This document shows, one piece after another, positions 1 to 6,255 of a DNA stretch of 30,890 bases (the first letter of the stretch is position 1; every line of letters starts with the position of its first letter). The stretch comes from a virus (lineage: Duplodnaviria; Caudoviricetes), in the IMG/VR virus record IMGVR_UViG_3300031811_000006, positions 1-30,890 of that record. One strand, given 5' to 3'. The notes under the pieces are model-generated. The model had not been told where the DNA came from. It ran no database searches and worked only from the letters and a program-made list of their open reading frames with translations. The position numbers and the translations under genes are program-made.

Positions 1-34
1 AGGCCGGTCTAATTCAAATTGTATTTTGGGGCTG

Positions 35-92
35 TTGAATAGTACCCTGAACTATGCTAGCGACTTGGGCTAGGCTTGCGGGTTTCAACCCT
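35..92 (-). repeat. Dispersed ~59-bp element, copy 1 (copy 2 at 1414-1473); possible structured RNA or regulatory element
   Basis: ttgaatagtaccctgaactatgctagcgacttgggctaggcttgcgggtttcaaccct aligns with ttgaatagcctcacggctggctatgcttgcgactagggcaaggcttgcgggttaaaccct. Confidence 0.75.
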
Positions 93-104
93 TTGTGCCC
101 TGTG

Positions 105-245
105 CTCATGCAGTGACTCTTAATCCTAGCCTTGCGGCTCCAGTTGAGCGTTCTCATGCAGTGACTCTTAATCCTAGCCTTGCGGCTCCAGTTGAGCGTT
201 CTCATGCAGTGACTCTTAATCCTAGCCTTGCGGCTCCAGTTGAGC
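105..245. repeat. Perfect tandem repeat, 48-bp unit x ~3
   Basis: ctcatgcagtgactcttaatcctagccttgcggctccagttgagcgtt starts at 105, 153 and 201; the third copy lacks the last 3 nt. Confidence 0.97.
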
Positions 246-369
246 TTTTGATTCTCTCTTTCATTCCTTCATTATACCCTAGTTCGGGTTGCTTGTCAAC
301 CCCTGTTTTCAATTTCTGGTTACATTCACGTTGTAGCTTTAACAGGTTTTTTGGGTATCCGATTCTCAT
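202..369 (-). CDS. Possible 55-aa small protein (or a 20-aa leaderless peptide from ATG 264); not in the ORF track
   Basis: Hand translation MRIGYPKNLLKLQRECNQKLKTGVDKQPELGYNEGMKERIKSSTGAARLGLRVTA; AGGA upstream; reads through the 271-299 promoter. Confidence 0.3.
   Translation of the reverse strand: MRIGYPKNLLKLQRECNQKLKTGVDKQPELGYNEGMKERIKSSTGAARLGLRVTA
271..299 (-). promoter_or_regulatory. Consensus sigma70-type early promoter
   Basis: Minus strand TTGACA-agcaacccgaactaggg(17)-TATAAT. Confidence 0.88.
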
Positions 370-378
370 GTTACTTTC

Positions 379-663
379 CTAACTTATCAAACTGTCAATG
401 TGGGCCTCAAATGCCCGTTGTTCCGCAATTTGCCCATCCATCCAAGCGTCAAACTCTTGTCGAGCTTGCTCATTTTCCGTATCTTGCTTATCCAACTTGA
501 GCCAGAAACTTAGTCGCGGAAGGTCCATCACCTCATCCCTATCAGCTTTCGCGACTAGCTTATGAGAGGCCGACACTCCGTTGTTGTGCAGTTTCAGCCC
601 GTTGCAATCACGATGGGCCGAATGATTCTCAACCGAGGTTCTGATTTTTCTTGCATTGGTCAT
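379..663 (-). CDS. Hypothetical early protein (94 aa, start MTNARK)
   Basis: SD AAAGGA before ATG at 663; paralog at 1773-1898 with many synonymous differences. Confidence 0.75.
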   Translation of the reverse strand: MTNARKIRTSVENHSAHRDCNGLKLHNNGVSASHKLVAKADRDEVMDLPRLSFWLKLDKQDTENEQARQEFDAWMDGQIAEQRAFEAHIDSLIS

Positions 664-709
664 TTTGGTTTCCTTTGTTAAGTGTTGTTGTTTTCTATAT
701 AGTATATAA

Positions 710-727
710 TGCACTTTCCGTGCCAAA
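710..727 (-). promoter_or_regulatory. Sigma54 (RpoN)-like -24/-12 promoter
   Basis: Minus strand TTTGGCACGGAAAGTGCA = GG-N10-GC, one mismatch from TGGCACG-N4-TTGCW, about 47 nt upstream of ATG 663. Confidence 0.6.
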
Positions 728-801
728 CGGCATATGCTATATATAAGGCGTTTTTTGATATTGGAATATGCCAAATGATGTCATATGGACAACGCTTTCT
801 C

Positions 802-814
802 TAAGTGGTTGATA
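802..814 (-). promoter_or_regulatory. IHF-consensus site
   Basis: Minus strand TATCAACCACTTA matches WATCAANNNNTTR, upstream of the sigma54-like site. Confidence 0.45.
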
Positions 815-881
815 TGATTAGGGTTGGCTCGTCTCAATGTGGGAATTAGTGTTGTCATAGTGATGAATGGCGAGCTTCACA

Positions 882-1006
882 AATAGCGTGCCAATCGTCA
901 TTATTATTTAGTGCCTTCGTAAGTCTATACGTCATAAGGATTTAAAAATCTGTGAATTTTGTTGTGCTTGCCCCGATAGCCCGATTGTAGATTAATAGCG
1001 TGCCAA
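882..1006 (-). repeat. 13-bp direct repeat aatagcgtgccaa (882-894, 994-1006), i.e. TTGGCACGCTATT -24-like boxes
   Basis: Exact repeat seen in non-coding DNA. Confidence 0.8.
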
Positions 1007-1092
1007 ACGCTCATTAAATATCCGGGCCCCCCCGGACCTCTCCCCTGTCAACCCCTACCTAGTCCAATACCACCCCTAGGCGACTGGATAGG

Positions 1093-1374
1093 CTAAGACG
1101 GTAGGCAGCCCGTAGCTATTCCACCGTGTGCATCAAGCTCTGCCTGTACTACCTCGACCGGTGTATAGGGGTAAATGCCTTCGTTGTTTCCGTACTCGGC
1201 ATAGTCAAGTAGTGCTGGGGTAACCGGCGTGCTTGAAGGAAACCCGCACTCAACGTGAGTATAGCCATCAGTGGGATCATCTTCACGGGGTAGAGCGTAG
1301 CTGAATTGACTACCCTGCACAGACATGGTGAATCCGTCTTGACATTTGATTGTTGGATTCAGTTCTTTCATCAT
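1093..1374 (-). CDS. Hypothetical phage protein (93 aa)
   Basis: Clean ORF with purine-rich RBS (AGGGGAAAG); plausible globular sequence (MSVQGS..Y..PR..VECGFPS). Confidence 0.75.
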   Translation of the reverse strand: MMKELNPTIKCQDGFTMSVQGSQFSYALPREDDPTDGYTHVECGFPSSTPVTPALLDYAEYGNNEGIYPYTPVEVVQAELDAHGGIATGCLPS

Positions 1375-1413
1375 CTTATCTTTCCCCTGTACTAAAATAA
1401 AAATGCCGGTATC

Positions 1414-1473
1414 TTGAATAGCCTCACGGCTGGCTATGCTTGCGACTAGGGCAAGGCTTGCGGGTTAAACCCT
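1414..1473 (-). repeat. Dispersed ~59-bp element, copy 2
   Basis: Homologous to 35-92; begins at the stop codon of the 1472-1741 ORF. Confidence 0.75.
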
Positions 1474-1741
1474 ATCCACTTGAATCAACCTTGTAGCTGA
1501 TTCCGCAATCATTACAAGTGTACTCATTGTAACAGTTGCCTAGTTGCTTTCGCGTCTCATTGTAGACGCGTACCATCGTGGGCGTGCGAGTAATCACACC
1601 ATTGACAGTATTACACGAAACGGTTTCCCGTTCAGTACCACACTCAGCCAAGTGGCTAGTGTATTCTGTTGGCTCGTTCACCCAACCGTTCATAGTTCCA
1701 AGATTCATAACTTTCATTCCTTTTGTGTTGTTGTTTGTCAT
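1472..1741 (-). CDS. Hypothetical early protein, possibly Zn-binding (C-terminal CNDC); start at 1741 or 1708
   Basis: ORF directly downstream of a consensus promoter; AAGGA before the in-frame ATG at 1708. Confidence 0.7.
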   Translation of the reverse strand: MTNNNTKGMKVMNLGTMNGWVNEPTEYTSHLAECGTERETVSCNTVNGVITRTPTMVRVYNETRKQLGNCYNEYTCNDCGISYKVDSSG

Positions 1742-1747
1742 GTTCTT

Positions 1748-1776
1748 ATTATACCACAATTTGAATTGCTTGTCAA
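1748..1776 (-). promoter_or_regulatory. Consensus sigma70-type early promoter with extended -10
   Basis: TTGACA-agcaattcaaattgtgg(17)-TATAAT, with TGn before the -10. Confidence 0.9.
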
Positions 1777-1898
1777 CCCCTATTCCAGTTGAGCCAGAAA
1801 CTTAGTCGGGGAAGCTCCATAACCGCATCTCTATCGGCTTTCACAACTAGATTATGCGAAGCCGATACGCCATTTCTGATTTTTCGTTGGTTGGTCAT
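1773..1898 (-). CDS. 41-aa paralog of 379-663 (in-frame upstream ATG at 1937); not in the ORF track
   Basis: MTNQRKIRNGVSASHNLVVKADRDAVMELPRLSFWLNWNRG versus MTNARKIR..NGVSASHKLVAKADRDEVMDLPRLSFWLKL; SD AAAGGA. Confidence 0.7.
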   Translation of the reverse strand: MTNQRKIRNGVSASHNLVVKADRDAVMELPRLSFWLNWNRG

Positions 1899-1943
1899 GT
1901 TGTTTCCTTTTGCGTTGTTGTTGTTGTTGTTTGTCATGTTCGT

Positions 1944-1972
1944 ATTATACCAGAATTCAAATTGCTTGTCAA
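1944..1972 (-). promoter_or_regulatory. Consensus sigma70-type early promoter with extended -10
   Basis: TTGACA-agcaatttgaattctgg(17)-TATAAT. Confidence 0.9.
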
Positions 1973-1975
1973 CCC

Positions 1976-2182
1976 CTATCGAACAATACTATAAAGATAA
2001 TCGTAGCAACCATCCTCAGTACTAGAATAATGCAGATACGTTGCACCAAGGTGTTGAATGATGATACGATAGGCAGCACCGGTGCGGTCGATCTCTGCAT
2101 CATAACCGCCATTCATTGTCGAGTAGATTGAATTGATGTGATGGTTCATTGTGTTTCCTCTGTTGTTGTTGTTGCTTGTCAT
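1976..2182 (-). CDS. Hypothetical early protein (start 2182 or 2149)
   Basis: ORF downstream of a consensus promoter; AGAGGA before the second in-frame ATG (MNHH). Confidence 0.65.
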   Translation of the reverse strand: MTSNNNNRGNTMNHHINSIYSTMNGGYDAEIDRTGAAYRIIIQHLGATYLHYSSTEDGCYDYLYSIVR

Positions 2183-2188
2183 GTCTCT

Positions 2189-2216
2189 ATTATACATTAT
2201 CGGCATGATGTGTCAA
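2189..2216 (-). promoter_or_regulatory. Consensus sigma70-type early promoter (16-nt spacer)
   Basis: TTGACA-catcatgccgataatg(16)-TATAAT. Confidence 0.8.
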
Positions 2217-2446
2217 TAGACATTAGCCAAAAACCACAAACTTTCCCAATCTTTTTTTTATCACAAAATTAGCACTTCCCCTATTGACAAACGAGCGTCC
2301 GGGGGGACCCGGTTTTATCTTCGACGATAAGGTTACTCCTTTCACCAAGAAAACCCTAGGTGGTGCAGACGCAACACGGAACAAACTCTACGGTTGTCTT
2401 ACCTAAACCTCACCATTAAGTATTATGTTTATTATTAGACCGCCCC

Positions 2447-3064
2447 TTATCGCTCCACACCGCAACCACAAGCTGCTATTTGCCCCTCCCACTTGTCACT
2501 CTTAGATAGATTATCTATAGCCCAAAGTGGTTGCAGATTGGTGTAATGGAAACATTGTAGCTGCTGTTCGGGGTCCGTCAGGTCGAATGCTGCACATGGC
2601 TTGATGTGGTCAACGTGCCACTCGCCGTAATTATCCCAAGTCATACCTTCAGTGAATTGATTAGACAAATGCTGCCTCAAAAACTCAATATCGCACCCCA
2701 AAAGTTCCAATGTGCGTGCGGATTTCGTCCCGTTTGCTTGTTTCAACGCGTTGCGTATTCTTTTACGCAGGTTTTCAGCTATTCTTCTGTGCGGACGATT
2801 CCAGTATCGCCTTTTTGTCTGCCAATCCATCTGACGCCTCGTCTCTTTTTTGCGAAACTTCTCGTATTCCTCTGGGTTCTCTTTCATCTCTTGCAACTTT
2901 TTTTTGTTACGAGCGGCTTGACGAGCGGCTCGACACTTTCTACATTGATGTCGAAAACCCTCATGCCACCCGTCTCCACTTTTACTTCTAGTTTTGAAGC
3001 GGTGGAAGAACTCAGTGGACAGCGGTTTCCACTCTCCACACAACTTGCACAGTCTGTTTGTCAT
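2447..3064 (-). CDS. Free-standing HNH-type (endonuclease VII-like) putative homing endonuclease
   Basis: N-terminal CxxC..CxxC; C-terminal WHVDHIKP...HYTNLQPLWAIDNLSK; RBS AGGGAG. Confidence 0.85.
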   Translation of the reverse strand: MTNRLCKLCGEWKPLSTEFFHRFKTRSKSGDGWHEGFRHQCRKCRAARQAARNKKKLQEMKENPEEYEKFRKKETRRQMDWQTKRRYWNRPHRRIAENLRKRIRNALKQANGTKSARTLELLGCDIEFLRQHLSNQFTEGMTWDNYGEWHVDHIKPCAAFDLTDPEQQLQCFHYTNLQPLWAIDNLSKSDKWEGQIAACGCGVER

Positions 3065-3445
3065 TTATTTCTCCCTAATGTACGCACCAAGACCATTTAT
3101 ACCTGTAAAGAATACAACAGGCACTAGGTTGGGTTGAAGAGCAGTCAGGTCTTTAAGTACTTATTTCTTTTCTATTACTCAATTTTTTTTGCCTTGCGGC
3201 CTTTACAGTACTAGGTTGGTTGGTAACGCAGAGCCTAGATTCAATTTTTGCCTGACCTTGGAGTCCTTGGAAACTCGCCGGTCACTCTTCATTCAGTTGG
3301 ACTTGGACTCGATATACCACAGCCCCATTTAACGGTTTTATACGAATATTTACTGAATCAGATCACTTTTCAACCATTGATCTACTCTATTCTAGTCGTT
3401 TTTACATGTTTTTACAAAACAAATTTTGGAGTTTTGCCCTCTTCT

Positions 3446-3453
3446 GTGTATAA
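3446..3453 (+). promoter_or_regulatory. Putative phage late promoter motif GTGTATAA
   Basis: The same 8-mer lies in five gene-upstream positions of the rightward region. Confidence 0.65.
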
Positions 3454-3501
3454 TAGAGTAAGAAGAATATCCATTAGCACTTAAACCATGGAAACAAAAT
3501 C

Positions 3502-3675
3502 ATGACAGAGAAACCAAACGGACGTAAAGACAATCCTACTCAATGTGAATCTGTTACTTGTTGTAAAGCTACCGCATCTTTAGAAAAAGGCGTAGCGGAA
3601 GATCTCAAGAAGGAAGACAAAAACCTACAGGACTTAATAAATGACGACAATCAAGACATTACCGTGGGGGATTAG
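3502..3675 (+). CDS. Small acidic hypothetical protein (57 aa); not in the ORF track
   Basis: MTEKPNGRKDNPTQCESVTCCKATASLEKGVAEDLKKEDKNLQDLINDDNQDITVGD; first ORF after the GTGTATAA motif; overlaps the next gene. Confidence 0.6.
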   Translation: MTEKPNGRKDNPTQCESVTCCKATASLEKGVAEDLKKEDKNLQDLINDDNQDITVGD

Positions 3676-4336
3676 CCCAGCAAAGTACTCGTCTGGGAAG
3701 ATTATCTTAGATGGCTGCTGCTTTGACGAAACAAAGCACCCAGTATTTAATGACAAGTACGAGGATATACAAAATTACTGCTTGCCCAACACTATAGGCG
3801 TTGATACTGAGTTTATATACTCTATTACATGTTATTGCCCTAGTGAAGACGAGGCCCTACCTCAATCAGAGGTCGGGATAGGCAGATTAATCCTAAAAGA
3901 TGAGGTCTATACACTAGAAAGAGAACAATCCCTCTTTATTGAAAATAGTGGTATTGGCAGAGTTCCTCATTTATCCGAAGGCTTAACGGAAACCTTTCAT
4001 GAAAACGACCCCTTAGTTGTATCTACCTTTGAGAGTTCTGCTCTAGACTCTCATTTTTTTAGAAATGCCCTTGCATACCATGGTGGTTATGTAAAATTAA
4101 CCGAAGAAGGTATTTTATTCTCTTCAAAAGGTCACATAACTCAGATTACACCACAAGAACTGGTAAAATATATCTCTCGAAGCAGTACCAATATATCAAC
4201 TGGCCCTATTTCTATTAAACCATTAAAAACAAGACCTGGTAGACCCAAAAAAGGAACTATTATTTTCAACGAAGTATCCAAGAAGTTTGAAGGATACGAC
4301 GGAACGGAGTGGAGGACTATAAAATGGGAGGACTAA
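3641..4336 (+). CDS. Hypothetical protein, probably virion/fibre associated
   Basis: C-terminal GTIIFN...FEGYDGTEW motif typical of phage fibre proteins; EVGIG motif shared with 29272-30633. Confidence 0.6.
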   Translation: MTTIKTLPWGISPAKYSSGKIILDGCCFDETKHPVFNDKYEDIQNYCLPNTIGVDTEFIYSITCYCPSEDEALPQSEVGIGRLILKDEVYTLEREQSLFIENSGIGRVPHLSEGLTETFHENDPLVVSTFESSALDSHFFRNALAYHGGYVKLTEEGILFSSKGHITQITPQELVKYISRSSTNISTGPISIKPLKTRPGRPKKGTIIFNEVSKKFEGYDGTEWRTIKWED

Positions 4337-4337
4337 T

Positions 4338-4850
4338 ATGAAAATACCCAAAGGAATGACTGAAACACAGGTTGTTGACCAAATAGATATTGTCTGCAAC
4401 AGAATATCACCTAGATATACCTTTTATGGATATACAGTAGATGATATAAAACAAGAATCTTTTATTATATGTATGGAAGCCCTTAATAGATATGATGGAA
4501 TTCGCCCTTTGGAAAACTTCCTCAGTGTCAATCTATCTAATCGACTCAAAAACTTCGTTAGAGACAAGCATTTTTTAGGATCTGAGAACTCAGATAGACA
4601 AAAAGTATGCCAACCGGCCCAGTTAGAATACGAAGACCGCATCGTTGACACGGCTAACAAATTTTCTACCTCATATGATCACATGCAGAAAGAGGAAATG
4701 GTAAATGCTATTAATAAATACCTTCCTGCCCACATGAGGATGGACTACCTTAAGATGATCAACGACGTTTATATTACAAAACAACGCCGCGAGGAGATTA
4801 TTGACTTGATAGTGGCTATTTTAGGGGAGCACGGATATCATGAAGGGTGA
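4338..4850 (+). CDS. Phage sigma-factor-like protein (sigma70 region 2-like, probable late sigma)
   Basis: DDIKQESFIICMEALNRYD...LENFLSVNLSNRLKNFVRD resembles sigma region 2; short length like other phage late sigmas. Confidence 0.7.
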   Translation: MKIPKGMTETQVVDQIDIVCNRISPRYTFYGYTVDDIKQESFIICMEALNRYDGIRPLENFLSVNLSNRLKNFVRDKHFLGSENSDRQKVCQPAQLEYEDRIVDTANKFSTSYDHMQKEEMVNAINKYLPAHMRMDYLKMINDVYITKQRREEIIDLIVAILGEHGYHEG

Positions 4851-5451
4851 TTTGAGGAAATGCATAACGTGCGGTGAAGAAAAACCAGCAACGACGGAAT
4901 ATTTTTATCGGGAAAAAAGTCGAAGTAAAATCTGCTCTGTATCACGTGTAAAAGGTGGGCTTAAGACAGAGTGTAAGGATTGTGCAAGCAAACGCATGAA
5001 ACGGTGGCGTGAAGAAAATCCAGAGAAAGCAGCGGCAGCTGTAAACAAGTGGCGTAAAGAAAACCCAGAGAAATGTAGGGCATCTGATAACAAGTGGAGA
5101 AAACAACGGCGAAAAGAAGACCCCGTTTATAGATTAATATCTAATATGAGAAGTGGGCTGTGGAAGTGTCTCTCTGGAAAACAGAAAAACTCCCGCACTT
5201 TTGATTATATTGGGTTAACGCCTAAAGAACTAATGGATTATTTAGAGGGGCAGTTTACAGAGGGGATGACGCGGGAGAATCATGGTGAATGGCATGTTGA
5301 TCACATTCGTCCACTTTCTTCATTTGATTTTACCGGTCCAGACAGAGAAGAACAATTACATGCTGCTTGGAGCCACACAAATATGCAACCATTATGGGCC
5401 TCAGACAATATACGCAAGGGAGATAGGTATGAAGAAGGGTCGATTCTCTAA
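4840..5451 (+). CDS. Free-standing HNH-type putative homing endonuclease, paralog of 2447-3064
   Basis: CITC..CKDC; QFTEGMTRENHGEWHVDHIRP...HTNMQPLWASDNIRK. Confidence 0.85.
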   Translation: MKGDLRKCITCGEEKPATTEYFYREKSRSKICSVSRVKGGLKTECKDCASKRMKRWREENPEKAAAAVNKWRKENPEKCRASDNKWRKQRRKEDPVYRLISNMRSGLWKCLSGKQKNSRTFDYIGLTPKELMDYLEGQFTEGMTRENHGEWHVDHIRPLSSFDFTGPDREEQLHAAWSHTNMQPLWASDNIRKGDRYEEGSIL

Positions 5452-6241
5452 AGAGGAGATAACTTTCATAGAAGATAACCTAGAATTCGGTTCAAACCGA
5501 ATAGCAACCGAACTAGACCGAGATCCCGAGAGTGTGCTCGGTTTTATTAAGAAAAAAGTTGCCAAGGGCGACTTTGAGCACCCATTTTGGATGGATGAGC
5601 AGGAAGATGTCGAAAAAGCCAAGTATGATTTAACCTTTAGGCCATATTGGTCAGAATTAAAACAGCAATTCACAGAAGAAGAGTTAAAATTATTCCAATA
5701 CCACTGGGCTAGGATTATTTCACAGTTCAAAGATGATGTTATACCAACTGAAGAATTGCAAGTTGTTGATCTCATCAAGCTTGAATTGCTCATGAATAGA
5801 TCTCTTAAACATAATAAGGACAACATAGAGCAGATTGCCGCTCTAGAGGCTCTCATTTCGACTGAGAGGGCACATGATCCAGATCAGATGGATACAGACT
5901 ACCTCTTTAATATGGAGCGTCAGGTGGCCTCTCTGAAGGCGTCACAGGAATCACTCAATAGAGACTATCGTGAACTTCAAACAAAGAAGAACTCGATGCT
6001 AAAGGAAATGAAAGCGACCAGAGAACAGCGGGTCAAGCGATTGGAAGACAGCAAACAGAATTTTACAAGTTGGATGAGCTATCTCATAGCTAATCCGGAA
6101 GTAACAAATGAGTATGGTATCGAAATGGAAAAAATGAGACTAGCGATGGAAACAGAGAGGGGGAGATTAGCAGAATATCATAAATTTACCGATGAGATGG
6201 TCGACCAACCATTCTTAACGCCCGAGACAGTTAAAGACTAA
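5429..6241 (+). CDS. Hypothetical protein with N-terminal HTH and coiled coil; candidate terminase small subunit (start MKKGRFS)
   Basis: GRFSKEE..FI...IATELDR HTH-like N-terminus, helical body, upstream of TerL; the ORF-track extension from 5282 overlaps the HNH gene. Confidence 0.55.
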   Translation: MKKGRFSKEEITFIEDNLEFGSNRIATELDRDPESVLGFIKKKVAKGDFEHPFWMDEQEDVEKAKYDLTFRPYWSELKQQFTEEELKLFQYHWARIISQFKDDVIPTEELQVVDLIKLELLMNRSLKHNKDNIEQIAALEALISTERAHDPDQMDTDYLFNMERQVASLKASQESLNRDYRELQTKKNSMLKEMKATREQRVKRLEDSKQNFTSWMSYLIANPEVTNEYGIEMEKMRLAMETERGRLAEYHKFTDEMVDQPFLTPETVKD

Positions 6242-6255
6242 TAGGAAGAGGACAA

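Noticed and set aside
14-205. 63-aa repeat-encoded ORF as a confident gene
   Set aside because: Derived from the repeat and overlaps the conserved non-coding element; cannot be supported, though translational coupling through ATGA is possible
105-245. CRISPR array
   Set aside because: Units are identical head-to-tail with no unique spacers, and there are no cas genes in the window
95-382. Plus-strand 95-aa ORF
   Set aside because: Open because of the 48-bp repeat; antisense to the promoter and all neighbouring genes
664-774. N-terminal extension of the 379-774 ORF
   Set aside because: Runs through the promoter and leader; the SD and the paralog both point to ATG 663
1544-3127. Plus-strand ORFs 1544-1792, 1578-1805, 1789-2025, 1910-2131, 2606-3127, 2710-2991
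   Set aside because: Shadows of minus-strand genes; the poly-Cys and poly-Leu runs are just the (AAC)n leaders read backwards
3248-3484. 78-aa ORF
   Set aside because: TTG start, no RBS, spans the late promoter motif
5282-5428. Extended start of the 5282-6241 ORF
   Set aside because: Overlaps the HNH catalytic domain; 5429 is the plausible start
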